In this document: piece by piece, positions 25,950 to 35,926 of the stretch
Numbering within the stretch: the first letter of the stretch is position 1
Layout of the letters: every line of letters begins with the position of its first letter
Assembly (NCBI GenBank): GCA_965207455.1
Contig: CBDBMJ010000001.1
Location: forward strand, 322,514 to 386,513
From: Bdellovibrionota bacterium
GTDB lineage: Bacteria > Bdellovibrionota > UBA1018 > CAIPTA01 > JAALKR01
DNA: 64,000 nt
Direction: 5' to 3'
Program-made: the position numbers and the translations under genes
Notes under the pieces: generated by a model
The model's input: the letters and a program-made list of their open reading frames with translations, nothing else
Told to the model about the DNA's origin: nothing
Databases searched by the model: none

Positions 25950-27608
25950 GTGAAAGATTTTTTTGTTAATATTTCAGATTCTTTTCAAGAATTTTCTTTT
26001 GGAAGAAAAGTAGGTATAGTTGTATTTTCCTTATTAACACTGTCTGTGATTGTGGCAATGTTCATTTGGGTATCCAAGGCAAATTATGTGAATTTGCTGT
26101 CCAATTTAAATTCAACAGATTCTACATCAATTATTCGTTATTTGAAGGATAAAAAAATCCCCTTTAAGGTTAGTGCAGATGGAGCTGCTGTAATGATTCC
26201 TCAAGATTATGTATATGATTTGCGCTTAGAATTGGCTAGTGGAGGATTAGCACAAACTAGCGTAGTTGGATATGAAATTTTTGATAAACAAGATTTTGGT
26301 GCCACTAGTTTGGCACAGAAAATAAATAAGAAAAGAGCCACAGAGGGTGAGCTGGTTCGTACTATTAATTATATAAAAGGCATAAAACGCTCCCGTGTGC
26401 ATCTTGCCATTCCCAAAACTAGTCCATTTTTAAGTGATAATACCAAGCCCACAGCGTCTATTGTACTAGATTTGAAAAACGGCTTTGAAATGACAGAGCA
26501 ACATATTCGAAGCATACAAAATCTTGTTTCTTCATCAGTGCAAAGCATGGAGGCAGATAGTGTATCTATAGTCTCCACAACAGGTAAGCAGCTATCTAGA
26601 AATATAAAAAATCCAGCAGCAATCTTGGCTGCAGAGCAGTTAGATTATCAACGGAAATATGAAGATGCGTTGGAGAAGAAAATTATTGCCATATTAGGGC
26701 CTGTTGCAGGAGAAGGTCGAGTAATTGCAAAAGTTTCGGCTGATTTAGATTTTAGTAGAGAAGTGGAAAATAAAACCTTATTTGATGGAGATAATGCTAC
26801 ACCAAGGTCTGTGAGTAAGGATTATGACTCTATGTCTGGCTCTCGCCCTATCTCTGGAGGTGTTCCTGGAGCACAAAGCCAAGTTCCTGATATAGAAGGT
26901 GTGGAACAGAGACAGAATACAGTAAGAAATCAAACAAACCGTAATAGAGATATTATGAATTATGAAATCCCGCAGACTATCATAAAAAAAGAAAAGCCAA
27001 TGGCAACGTTAAGGAAAATTTCTGTGGCAATTATGTTGAATGGAAAATCAATCCAAACAAACGCTGCAGTTGATAGAGAGATTGCGTCAGGAGAGTGGTC
27101 TGAAGATAAAATTGAGAAGTTTAAATTATTAGCAGCCAATGCAGTGGGATGGACAAAAGGACGTGATCCAGATATTGAAATAAAAGTAATGAAATTTTTC
27201 AAGGAAGACTTAGAATCTGCTAATTTGTTGTGGGAAGCGGCTCAGCAAAAAGAATTATATGCAGCAATAGTTGGTTGGGCTGCTATAGGACTTCTCTTTA
27301 CTCTATTTTTTATTTTTGTAGTTCGTCCATTGATTAAATGGATTGTGGAAAATACTGGAGAAAGTGTGGAAGAGTTTTTACCACAAACATTGGAAGAATT
27401 GGAAGCTAAACAGGCAGCTAATTTTCCTGGAATGGAAGCACTTCTTCCTGAAATTGAAGAAAAAGTAGATCCAATAAAGGTTCAAGGAGAAATGATAAGA
27501 GAAAAAATAATTGGATTGGTTTCTGATAGCCCTCACAAGGCAGCACAAGTTGTGCATGAATGGATTAATGACAAAAGAAATAGGATATCTACAAAGGGAG
27601 AAGTGTAA
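25950..27608 (+). CDS. fliF: flagellar MS-ring protein FliF
   Basis: 552 aa, GTG start. N-terminal TM, central ring-building region and C-terminal TM (…AAIVGWAAIGLLFTLFFIF…). Position before fliG. Confidence 0.85.
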   Translation: MKDFFVNISDSFQEFSFGRKVGIVVFSLLTLSVIVAMFIWVSKANYVNLLSNLNSTDSTSIIRYLKDKKIPFKVSADGAAVMIPQDYVYDLRLELASGGLAQTSVVGYEIFDKQDFGATSLAQKINKKRATEGELVRTINYIKGIKRSRVHLAIPKTSPFLSDNTKPTASIVLDLKNGFEMTEQHIRSIQNLVSSSVQSMEADSVSIVSTTGKQLSRNIKNPAAILAAEQLDYQRKYEDALEKKIIAILGPVAGEGRVIAKVSADLDFSREVENKTLFDGDNATPRSVSKDYDSMSGSRPISGGVPGAQSQVPDIEGVEQRQNTVRNQTNRNRDIMNYEIPQTIIKKEKPMATLRKISVAIMLNGKSIQTNAAVDREIASGEWSEDKIEKFKLLAANAVGWTKGRDPDIEIKVMKFFKEDLESANLLWEAAQQKELYAAIVGWAAIGLLFTLFFIFVVRPLIKWIVENTGESVEEFLPQTLEELEAKQAANFPGMEALLPEIEEKVDPIKVQGEMIREKIIGLVSDSPHKAAQVVHEWINDKRNRISTKGEV

Positions 27609-27611
27609 AAA

Positions 27612-28628
27612 ATGAATGCGATTGAAAGCGTAAGAGATTTAACAGGAATTCAACAAGTTGCCATACTTTTGAATGCCATAGGAAATGATTGCACAAAACT
27701 CATATTTGGAGAGCTAAAAGATAACGATATTAAGCGTTTGATTGGTATTATGGGCTCGATTGATAAAGCGCCTATTGCCATAGTTAAAGGTGTTTTAGAG
27801 AATTTTTACCATGAATTATCCGAAGAAGAATCCTTGCTTTTTGGCAAGTCTAAAAATAAAAATTTCTTGATAGATACATTAGGAGAGGATAGAGCAACTC
27901 AAATAACAGGAAATATCAATATGAAAGCGGAAAGGCAATCTTTAGAGGCATTAGAACTTGTGGATACTAGAACATTGGCAAATTTTCTTATGAATGAGCA
28001 TCCACAAACCATTGCTTTAATCATGACATATCTTAATCCATCTCGAAAAGCAGATATCATTAAGCAATTCCCAGATGAATTACAAGTGGATGTGGTAATG
28101 CGTTTAGCTGTTATTGACTTTGTTGGTCCTGATATAATTGCACAGTTGGACTCAGTATTAAAATCTGAACTTGCTACTATGGGGACAATTAGCAAAACAG
28201 TTCTCGGTGGTGTGGATGCTGTTGCAGAAATGTTTAACACTATGGATAAAGGTACAGAAACAAATATAATGTCTAATGTTGAAGAACGAGACAATGAACT
28301 GGCAGAAGAGATTAAGCGACTTATGTTTCTTTTTGAAGACCTTATTCATATCAATGATAGAGGATTTCAAACATTACTCAAAGAGTGTCCTAATTCTAAA
28401 TTGATTGTTGCTATGAAAACAGCTCCAGACAATATTATTAACAAAATATTTAAAAATATGTCTAAACGAGCAGGAGAACTTTTAAAAGAAGACTTAAATA
28501 ATTTAGCGCCACAGAGGGTTTCTGATGTAGAGACTGCACAAGCTGAAATTTTAAGTATAGCAAAAAAATTAGAAGCCGATGGGAAGATAGTAATCAATCG
28601 AGGAATGGGTAAGGATGAGTTTGTATAG
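27612..28628 (+). CDS. fliG: flagellar motor switch protein FliG
   Basis: 338 aa. Typical FliG length and helical repeats (…MRLAVIDFVGPDIIAQL…). Position. Confidence 0.85.
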   Translation: MNAIESVRDLTGIQQVAILLNAIGNDCTKLIFGELKDNDIKRLIGIMGSIDKAPIAIVKGVLENFYHELSEEESLLFGKSKNKNFLIDTLGEDRATQITGNINMKAERQSLEALELVDTRTLANFLMNEHPQTIALIMTYLNPSRKADIIKQFPDELQVDVVMRLAVIDFVGPDIIAQLDSVLKSELATMGTISKTVLGGVDAVAEMFNTMDKGTETNIMSNVEERDNELAEEIKRLMFLFEDLIHINDRGFQTLLKECPNSKLIVAMKTAPDNIINKIFKNMSKRAGELLKEDLNNLAPQRVSDVETAQAEILSIAKKLEADGKIVINRGMGKDEFV

Positions 28629-28639
28629 GAAGGCTTTTC

Positions 28640-29371
28640 ATGTCTGATAAATTTGTTAAATATGAATTTAATAAAAAATATGATTTAAGGGTGCAGAATA
28701 GAGAGTATTCATTGCAGGAATTTTTCGTGTCTGGAGAAAGTAATAGAGTTGCAGTAAATTCCAATGTGTCGTTTGAAGTTCATGATTTAGTGGCAGAAAA
28801 AATTGAATTAGAGAAAAATAAAGTAAATAAAATAGAACAAAGATTTCAAGAAGAGTTGGAAAAACGATGGATACAGGAAAAAGAACGGGCAAAAATAGAA
28901 GGCTATACGGAAGGATTAAATCTTGGTAAAAAGGAAGCTCTAGTTGCAGAAAGACCAATTTTAGAGGAAAAAGTACATAATTTTATCCAGATTTTAAATG
29001 AACTGGATTCTTCCAAAGAGCTAGTGTTTAAATGGAATGAAAAATTTCTAACAAATTTTTTATCTCGCCTAGTGAGTGCCATCGTGCTCAAGGAGATACA
29101 CTTAGATCCCGATTATGTTGGTCGCCTAATTTTGGATTTAATTGCTCAAACAAATAATACAGATCATTTAAAAATACTCATTTCAAATGAAGATAGTAAA
29201 TTTTTAGACAGGGCAAAAGATATGATTGGAAAAGAATTACCTGATTTTAAAAATATTCATTTTTCTGTGGATAAAGATATACCTGCTGGCGGTTGCAAGA
29301 TAGTAGCGAAAACGGTAAATATAGATACAAGTGTGGATAAACAGATTGAAAGGGCTATAGCAGCCTGGTGA
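28640..29371 (+). CDS. fliH: flagellar export apparatus protein FliH
   Basis: 243 aa, coiled-coil, charged protein between fliG and fliI. Confidence 0.6.
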   Translation: MSDKFVKYEFNKKYDLRVQNREYSLQEFFVSGESNRVAVNSNVSFEVHDLVAEKIELEKNKVNKIEQRFQEELEKRWIQEKERAKIEGYTEGLNLGKKEALVAERPILEEKVHNFIQILNELDSSKELVFKWNEKFLTNFLSRLVSAIVLKEIHLDPDYVGRLILDLIAQTNNTDHLKILISNEDSKFLDRAKDMIGKELPDFKNIHFSVDKDIPAGGCKIVAKTVNIDTSVDKQIERAIAAW

Positions 29372-29471
29372 AAAAATAGAATAGATTTTCCTTCCCTGTT
29401 TTATTGCGGGGTGTTAATCTAATAGTAAGGCAAATATTGAATTGTTCAAGGAGTGAACAGGAATACATAGC

Positions 29472-30809
29472 ATGAACGCTTTATACAAAGTAGATGAAAA
29501 AAAATATAACGATGGCTTCGATCGCCTCGTTCTCCATGATTTTTCAGGGAAAGTAACAAAATCTGTGGGTCTTACCATTGAAGTGGATTTGCCAAGTGCC
29601 ACTGTTGGCGGGATCTGTGAGCTAAATGTTGGAGCAAATGCTCCCAGGGTTTCCTGTGAGGTAATTGGTTTTAAAAATGACAAAACTGTTTTAATGCCCT
29701 TAGATAGCATGAAGGGTATTAGTACTCAATCCACAGTGAAATTTATTAGTAAGGAAGCCACTACTGTAGTTAGTGATAGTTTATTAGGGCGAGTGCTTGA
29801 TGGAGCAGGTAAGCCCGTAGATGGCAAGGGTGAGATTCCAGATGCCATAGAAAGATCTATTTATGTTTCATCAAGAAATCCATTGGATAGGATTTCTATT
29901 TCCGACCCTCTAGACCTGGGAGTTCGTTCTATCAATGGCTTTATGACCTGTGGTAGGGGTCAAAAAATGGGAATTATAGCGGGCTCTGGAGTGGGAAAAA
30001 GTGTGCTCTTGGGAATGATTGCTCGAAATACAAATGCAGACGTTAATGTAATTGCTCTAGTGGGTGAGAGGGGAAGAGAGGTACGAGAGTATATTGAGAA
30101 CGATCTGGGACCTGAGGGTTTGAGCCGCTCTGTGCTTGTTGTGGCTACCAGTGATCAATCTCCATTGCTAAGAATGCGTGCCTCTTATATAGCGGCCACT
30201 ATTGCTGAGCATTTTGCTGGACAAGGTAAGCATGTATTATTTCTTATGGATTCTCTTACAAGATTTTGTATAGCTCAGAGGGAAATTGGTCTTTCTTTAG
30301 GTGAGTTGCCAGTCACAAAAGGATATACCCCATCTGTTTTTTCTGCACTTCCAAAGTTATTAGAAAGGGCGGGCACTCAGAGGGATGGAAAGGGAAGTAT
30401 TACTGGGTTGTACACGGTTTTAGTAGATGGTGATGATATGGATGATCCTATTGGTGATGCGGCCCGATCCTTTACAGATGGACACATAGTTCTTTCCAGA
30501 AAGTTAGCTGATCGAGGGCATTATCCTCCTATAGATGTGGTTTCCAGTATTTCTAGGGTTATGAGAGGTATTACTTCTCAAGAGCATTATGACTCAAGTG
30601 TAGCTCTCCGTGAGTTAATGGCCATATATTCAGACTCAGAAGATTTAATTCAAATAGGAGCTTATGTAAAAGGAATTAATTCCAAGTTAGATCAAGCAAT
30701 ATCTGTAAATAATACTATAAATGGATTATTGCGACAGCAAGTAGGAGAATCAACCTCCATTGATGAGACAAAAGCATTGATGAAGTCTATCTTAGGAGAG
30801 AGTCAATGA
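29472..30809 (+). CDS. fliI: flagellum-specific ATP synthase FliI
   Basis: 445 aa. Walker A GSGVGKS, …LFLMDSLTRF… and T3SS ATPase-family motifs. Confidence 0.9.
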   Translation: MNALYKVDEKKYNDGFDRLVLHDFSGKVTKSVGLTIEVDLPSATVGGICELNVGANAPRVSCEVIGFKNDKTVLMPLDSMKGISTQSTVKFISKEATTVVSDSLLGRVLDGAGKPVDGKGEIPDAIERSIYVSSRNPLDRISISDPLDLGVRSINGFMTCGRGQKMGIIAGSGVGKSVLLGMIARNTNADVNVIALVGERGREVREYIENDLGPEGLSRSVLVVATSDQSPLLRMRASYIAATIAEHFAGQGKHVLFLMDSLTRFCIAQREIGLSLGELPVTKGYTPSVFSALPKLLERAGTQRDGKGSITGLYTVLVDGDDMDDPIGDAARSFTDGHIVLSRKLADRGHYPPIDVVSSISRVMRGITSQEHYDSSVALRELMAIYSDSEDLIQIGAYVKGINSKLDQAISVNNTINGLLRQQVGESTSIDETKALMKSILGESQ

Positions 30810-31267
30810 AAAAGTATAAATTTAAATTACATGCAATAGAGAAGCATAAAAAAATGATTGAAAAAGACAGGAAGTCTCATTTGAGTCAAGAAATAATAAA
30901 GATGAGAGGCATAGAAAAAAACTTATTAATTATTAAAAATAATGAATCTAAATTTTCAAGTGTTTATGAAAAATTAGGAGATGGTTCAGAAAATATTCAT
31001 CTTAATAAAATTTTTGTGATTGATAATTTTATAAATGCACAGAAAGTAAAGCGAAAAGAAATTCAAGAAATGATTCTACAGCAAGAATCTGTATTGAAAA
31101 AGTCATTCGAGGGGTATATTGATGCCAGGAAAGACAAGAGAATAATAGAAATGCTTAGAGAAAAAGATTATAAAAAATATAAAAAGAATTTACGTAAGAA
31201 TGAACGTAAAGAATTAGATGACATATATACAACGAGAAGTTTTCAGAAAAATAAGGAAAATCATTAA
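30806..31267 (+). CDS. fliJ: flagellar export chaperone FliJ
   Basis: 153-aa coiled-coil protein overlapping the fliI stop. Called by position and size. Confidence 0.55.
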   Translation: MKKYKFKLHAIEKHKKMIEKDRKSHLSQEIIKMRGIEKNLLIIKNNESKFSSVYEKLGDGSENIHLNKIFVIDNFINAQKVKRKEIQEMILQQESVLKKSFEGYIDARKDKRIIEMLREKDYKKYKKNLRKNERKELDDIYTTRSFQKNKENH

Positions 31268-31278
31268 AGGACTATTTT

Positions 31279-31809
31279 ATGACTAAATTTATTATATTAT
31301 TTTTATCGTTTCAATTTTTATTGGCAGATATTGCTTTTTCTCAAGAAATTAAGGGAAAAAGAGCACGCAATGAGGCGCTTTTACTTACAAGGGAGGGAAT
31401 TGAAGAGCTTCAAGAAAGGGAGAGGAATATAGCTGAAAAGGAAAGTCTTTTATTAGAAAAAGAAAAAGCTCTAAAGATTCAAGAAAAAATATTGAAAGAT
31501 AAGCTTAAAAAGATTGGAAGTATACAGAAGAGTATAGCAAAAAAATTAGATTATTTCAGTAATTCAATGGCTGGAAAAGTAAAGAAATTAGTTACGATTG
31601 TGAGTGCAATGAAGCCAGACATGGCTGCAAGATATTTTGAAACTGTGGAGCCATATTTGGCAGTGGAGATTTTAGGGCAATTGGAAGCAAAAAGAGCAGC
31701 AAAAATTTTAAATAAAGTAGATAAAGAAGTTTCTGCTCGAATTTCAGAGTTATATACAGGTTATCAAAATAATTTTTCTAAGAAATATAAATCAAAACCT
31801 TCAGGATAG
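31279..31809 (+). CDS. FlbB/YlxF-like flagellar protein (MgtE-N/MotE-like domain)
   Basis: 176 aa with a signal/TM N-terminus and …VTIVSAMKPDMAARYFETVEPYLAVEILGQLEAKRAAKILNKV… (MgtE_N-like). Same position as Bacillus ylxF and spirochete flbB, after fliJ. Confidence 0.5.
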   Translation: MTKFIILFLSFQFLLADIAFSQEIKGKRARNEALLLTREGIEELQERERNIAEKESLLLEKEKALKIQEKILKDKLKKIGSIQKSIAKKLDYFSNSMAGKVKKLVTIVSAMKPDMAARYFETVEPYLAVEILGQLEAKRAAKILNKVDKEVSARISELYTGYQNNFSKKYKSKPSG

Positions 31810-31826
31810 CTATAGGAGAAAAAATT

Positions 31827-32939
31827 ATGGATATAAAAAATATAACAAGTTCTGGTCCAGCGTATGGTCTATTGGATATCATATTCGGCACTGTGCCCAA
31901 TGAGAAGGAAGCAGAAGAAATGGCTGATGGAGAGAAATTTGATCCACTTTTGGCAGTACTGCAGAAACTAGAAACAAAAAATATAATAGAGGAACCCACA
32001 ATGTCCATAAAAAATATGAAAACAGAGAGTGAAGATATAGGGATGAAGTTCAATGACATTTCTGTGAAAATGCCTGTTTCTGATGAAAAGAATCTCACGC
32101 TGAATAATAATAGGATTCAGTTTAATGAGGATATTTCTAAAGCTATTCAAAATAAAGATACAGGGAAAATGATGGATATTATAGAAAAAAGAAAATCTCA
32201 ATTGAAAGAAGAAATGCCAAGTCTTGTAAAATTAGAAAAAGTAATAGATAAGAAAGGTGTAAATCAATTTTCATCTATGGACTCCATTGCAAAGTTAGTA
32301 AAAAAACTAGAATCAGAAATATCTAAACAAGAAAAATCTGTTTCTACGGAAGACTTCATTCGTATAAACAAGAGTAATGAAAAGAAAGTAGAAACAACGA
32401 AGAAAGAAGGTTCTACAGACTCCAATACTAAAGGAGAAATGCTCTTCAATGCAGAGTCAGCTACTGCTTTAAAATCTAAAAATGAAGGAGTGAAAATCAT
32501 TAAATTAGACAGTTTACATTCATTAGGCAGCACACTTGCTCCAAAATTAGCAACAAACTTGAATTATATTGCTAATCAAGGTGGTGGTGAGATGAGGATA
32601 ATTTTTACTCCAGAAAATTTTGGTGAAATGCAAGTAAGAGTTTCCACTCAAGGAGATAATGTAAATGTTAAATTCATAGTAGAAAATTCAGAGGTGGCTT
32701 CTGCCCTTCGTAGCGAGGGACAAAATTTAAAAGAAGCATTATTTGCAAATAATCTTCGTTTGAATGGGGTTGAGGTGATAGTTCGAGATTCTAATGACTT
32801 AAATAGTTTTGAAAATGAGGATAAACAGAATAATTCAAATAAGCGTTCACCTAGTAAAGATGATACATATGCTGATCACAAGCAAAAAAATGGGCAAGAC
32901 CAAGAGGAAGAGCAGTTTAATTTGAGGAGATATGCATAA
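31827..32939 (+). CDS. fliK: flagellar hook-length control protein FliK
   Basis: 370 aa. C-terminal Flg_hook-like domain …GGGEMRIIFTPENFGEMQVRVSTQGDNVNVKFIVENSEVASALRSEGQNLKEALFANNLRLNGVEV. Position before flgD. Confidence 0.65.
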   Translation: MDIKNITSSGPAYGLLDIIFGTVPNEKEAEEMADGEKFDPLLAVLQKLETKNIIEEPTMSIKNMKTESEDIGMKFNDISVKMPVSDEKNLTLNNNRIQFNEDISKAIQNKDTGKMMDIIEKRKSQLKEEMPSLVKLEKVIDKKGVNQFSSMDSIAKLVKKLESEISKQEKSVSTEDFIRINKSNEKKVETTKKEGSTDSNTKGEMLFNAESATALKSKNEGVKIIKLDSLHSLGSTLAPKLATNLNYIANQGGGEMRIIFTPENFGEMQVRVSTQGDNVNVKFIVENSEVASALRSEGQNLKEALFANNLRLNGVEVIVRDSNDLNSFENEDKQNNSNKRSPSKDDTYADHKQKNGQDQEEEQFNLRRYA

Positions 32940-33808
32940 TGAATGGGAATGGAAGCATACCAAAGACATCTAATGATGCTATTCAAAGATTATTAGATAA
33001 ATTTGGAAATAATTTCACAGATAAGCCAGCTACAAGTATTAAAAAAGAGTTGGGGAAAGATGATTTTGTGAAGCTTATGAGTGTACAATTACAATACCAA
33101 GATCCCATGTCTCCATTAAATAATGAACAAATGGCTGCTCAACTAGCTCAGTTTTCAAGTTTAGAGCAGATGACAAATGTAAATAAAAATTTAAATGCCA
33201 TGAGTGCTGCAGCAAGAGGCAGAGATAATATTATGGCAACAGCATTGATTGGAAAGGAAATAATAGCCAATTCTTCATTAGTTTCATTGGATGGTAAAAA
33301 TCCAGCTGATTTAGATTTTCACTTAGAAAGTAAAATTCGAGGTGGTCAGATTTCTATTTTAAATAAAAATGGAGCAGTTGTAAATAAAATCACTCTAAAG
33401 AATATGAATGAAGGTGCTCAAAAGTTGAAATGGGATGGTTTAAATGATGATGGTGTGAAAGTCCCCTCTGGTGAATATGCTTTTCATATAACTGCCTACG
33501 ATCATAATATGAAGCAAGTTAAATCTTCTGCACAGATAAAAGGCATTGTTTCTGGAGTGGTATTTGAAAATAGTCAGGCAGTATTAATTTTAGATAATAA
33601 AAAAATATCAATGGATTCAGTTAGTAAAATTTCTAGTGTGGAAGAGAAAAAAAATATTTCAACAGAGCTTAATAAATCGAATGATACTGCTCTAAGTGTT
33701 GTGGAGAAAAAGAGTTTATCTGTAGTTGAGAAAAAAGAAGAAGATCCGGAAGATGCGATCTCTCCTGGATATATGGGTTCAAATTTATGGAGGCCTGATT
33801 TACAGTAG
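32939..33808 (+). CDS. flgD: flagellar hook assembly/capping protein FlgD
   Basis: 289 aa. …MSVQLQYQDPMSPLNNEQMAAQLAQFSSLEQM… is the conserved FlgD N-terminal motif. Confidence 0.8.
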   Translation: MNGNGSIPKTSNDAIQRLLDKFGNNFTDKPATSIKKELGKDDFVKLMSVQLQYQDPMSPLNNEQMAAQLAQFSSLEQMTNVNKNLNAMSAAARGRDNIMATALIGKEIIANSSLVSLDGKNPADLDFHLESKIRGGQISILNKNGAVVNKITLKNMNEGAQKLKWDGLNDDGVKVPSGEYAFHITAYDHNMKQVKSSAQIKGIVSGVVFENSQAVLILDNKKISMDSVSKISSVEEKKNISTELNKSNDTALSVVEKKSLSVVEKKEEDPEDAISPGYMGSNLWRPDLQ

Positions 33809-33815
33809 GTGTTTT

Positions 33816-34232
33816 ATGGGAAATAATATATCAAATAATATATCAAATATAAAGAATAATAATCTTCCTCAGTTGCAAAGGAACGATCAGAAAGAGATAA
33901 AATCTGATGATCAATTTAAAAATTTACTTGAAAATAAGTTAAATTTAAAGAATGTAGAAAAAAAGCTACCAATTCAATCTGATTTGATTTTTAGTAAACA
34001 TGCTGTAGAGAGAATTCGGGATAGAGGAATTTCTATGCAGGCAGAGCAAGTGAGAAAATTGGAAAAAGCTGTGGATGCGGCATCGGAAAAGGGCTCTAGA
34101 GAAGCATTAATTTTAATGGATGATACAGCGTTTATTGTTAGTATTTCTAATAAAACAGTAATTACTGCTTTAGATAAAGAATCATCTAAGGGAAATATTT
34201 TTACAAATATTGATTCAACAATAATGATATAA
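33816..34232 (+). CDS. small flagellar-operon protein of unknown function (between flgD and flgE; TIGR02530-like)
   Basis: ~138 aa from the ATG at 33816. …FSKHAVERIRDRGISMQAEQVRKLEKAVDAASEKGSREALILMDDTAFIVSISNKTVITAL…. A protein of this type occupies the same slot in Firmicutes/Thermotogae flagellar operons. The ORF track's longer 33726 start lies inside flgD and is probably spurious. Confidence 0.4.
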   Translation: MGNNISNNISNIKNNNLPQLQRNDQKEIKSDDQFKNLLENKLNLKNVEKKLPIQSDLIFSKHAVERIRDRGISMQAEQVRKLEKAVDAASEKGSREALILMDDTAFIVSISNKTVITALDKESSKGNIFTNIDSTIMI

Positions 34233-34370
34233 ATAGGAGGTGGAACATGAAATATAAATGAAAAATAAATTAAATGTGATTTGAAAAAGATATAAAAAGC
34301 TGGACCCGTTAGGGAGGCTTTGCATATATAAACATAAACAATGTTCATAATTAGCAGGAGGCTTAAAAAA

Positions 34371-35681
34371 ATGGGTATATTATCATCATTATATACAGCT
34401 GTAAGCGGCGTTGAAGCTTATGGTACCGCACTCGGCGTTGTTGCCGATAACATAGCAAATGCAAATACTGTAGGATTTAAAACAAGTCGTGCAGAATTTG
34501 AAGATGTGATCGCAAGATCAATTAAGGGCGATGTTGGTGGAAACCAAATCGGTCGAGGAACTCACTTGGGAGCTGTGAAGCAGATATTTTCCCAAGGGAG
34601 TCTAGTACAAACAGAAAGACCCACGGATCTGGCGATTAGTGGTGGGGGATTTTTTGTTCTTGATGGGCTGAGAGGTCAAACATTTACCAGAAATGGAGCG
34701 TTTAATTTTAACAGAGAAGGTCAACTAGTTAATTCTGGTGACGAAAAAGTTCTTGGTTTTAAAGCAAACGAGAATGGTAAATTTGAAACAAAACTATCTC
34801 CTATTAAAATAGAAGATAATGTGATTGGTGCGAGAGAGACTTCTCAGTTAAATCTTGCAGTGAATCTGGATGTTAGGAGCAGAGTGGTTTCTAATGGTTT
34901 TGATCTCAATAATGCAGATAAAACGTCTAGCTATTCCACAAGTGTAAATATTGTGGATTCTGTTGGAAACTCTCATGCAGTGAAGGTGTATTTTACACGT
35001 TTAGGAGATAATACATGGGACTGGAATGCCGTAGGCACTGGTAGACAGGAAATAAGTGGTGAAGAGGGTAAAAAAATCATTAAGGAGGATCAGAGCTTTA
35101 TTGGGGCTAGTGGCACCATTGAGTTTGGATCGTCGGGTCAGTTGTCTCGTCAAACAATTGATTCGAATTCCTTTAATTTCGGAAGAGGAGCAGCGTCTAA
35201 TCAGCAAGTAGAGTTTCTTTTTGGAAATGATAAGGATAGGGGTATTGAGGGATTATCTAATTCCACACAATACGGGTCAGCCAATGATGTATATGAAAAC
35301 AATCAAAATGGGTATGCAGCAGGAAGTATTACAGGTTTATCTTTCAGCGATGAAGGTATTCTTTCTGCGAGTTACTCTAATGGAATTACAAAAGATGTAA
35401 GTCAAATTGCATTGGCAAAATTTCAGAATAATGAGGGTCTTCATAAACTAGGTAGCAACCTCTTCCAAAAGTCCATATCTTCTGGAGAAGCAAATCTTGG
35501 CTCACCTGCTCGTGGTGGGCGTGGTAAGATTTTTGCCAGAACAGTGGAATCTTCAACTACAGACATTGCTTCAGAGTTCGTGTCTCTTATTAAGCTACAA
35601 CGTGCATTTCAAGCAAATGCCAGAACAATGACGGCTTCTGATGAGTTGATGCAAGAAATACTGAATATTCGCAGAGGGTAA
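34371..35681 (+). CDS. flgE: flagellar hook protein FlgE
   Basis: Start at MGILSSLYTAVSGVEAYGTALGVVADNIANANTVGFK with an AGGAGG RBS 8 nt upstream. C-terminal …ASEFVSLIKLQRAFQANARTMTASDELMQEILNIRRG (rod/hook family). Confidence 0.85.
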   Translation: MGILSSLYTAVSGVEAYGTALGVVADNIANANTVGFKTSRAEFEDVIARSIKGDVGGNQIGRGTHLGAVKQIFSQGSLVQTERPTDLAISGGGFFVLDGLRGQTFTRNGAFNFNREGQLVNSGDEKVLGFKANENGKFETKLSPIKIEDNVIGARETSQLNLAVNLDVRSRVVSNGFDLNNADKTSSYSTSVNIVDSVGNSHAVKVYFTRLGDNTWDWNAVGTGRQEISGEEGKKIIKEDQSFIGASGTIEFGSSGQLSRQTIDSNSFNFGRGAASNQQVEFLFGNDKDRGIEGLSNSTQYGSANDVYENNQNGYAAGSITGLSFSDEGILSASYSNGITKDVSQIALAKFQNNEGLHKLGSNLFQKSISSGEANLGSPARGGRGKIFARTVESSTTDIASEFVSLIKLQRAFQANARTMTASDELMQEILNIRRG

Positions 35682-35696
35682 CCCTCTACATAAGGT

Positions 35697-35720
35697 CTGG
35701 CACTCTTAGATGAGTGCCAG
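35697..35720 (+). terminator. perfect 9-bp hairpin (ctggcactc-ttagat-gagtgccag) 16 nt after the flgE stop, followed by a second palindrome GACAATTTATTGTC (35733-35746)
   Basis: Seen directly in the sequence. There is no strong U-tract, so it may be an attenuator or a processing/stabilising hairpin rather than a full terminator. Confidence 0.3.
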
Positions 35721-35888
35721 GCTTTCCCTATCGACAATTTATTGTCAATAAGTGCCTCCTAATGGAGTTCATTTGACATTTTAGTGAATATATTCATACA
35801 ATTTTATTTTCTCTAGGAATAAGACGACGCATATCGTTGATATGTTTGTGTTTTTTTAATTTCAAAATACACGGAATAAAATCAAAAC

Positions 35889-35904
35889 TGGCATAGCTAT
35901 TGCA
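35889..35904 (+). promoter_or_regulatory. sigma-54 promoter TGGCATagctaTTGCA upstream of fliL
   Basis: GG-N10-GC spacing is exact, with one mismatch to TGGCAC. The predicted TSS is about 12 nt upstream of the fliL ATG (35927), just before its AGGAG RBS. Confidence 0.55.
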
Positions 35905-35926
35905 ATCTGTTTGTCAGGAGATTTCT

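Noticed and set aside
27899-28597. Antisense ORFs of 70-131 aa inside fliG (and similar ones inside fliF, fliK, flhB, flhA)
   Set aside because: They lie opposite well-supported flagellar genes, have low-complexity or Ser/Ile-rich composition, and lack an RBS. These are typical shadow ORFs in AT-rich DNA.
34233-34370. Possible sigma-54 or sigma-28 promoter directly upstream of flgE (GG…GC elements around 34295-34320)
   Set aside because: The GG to GC spacing does not fit the -24/-12 geometry, and no TAAA-N15-GCCGATAA match is present. flgE is probably co-transcribed with upstream genes.
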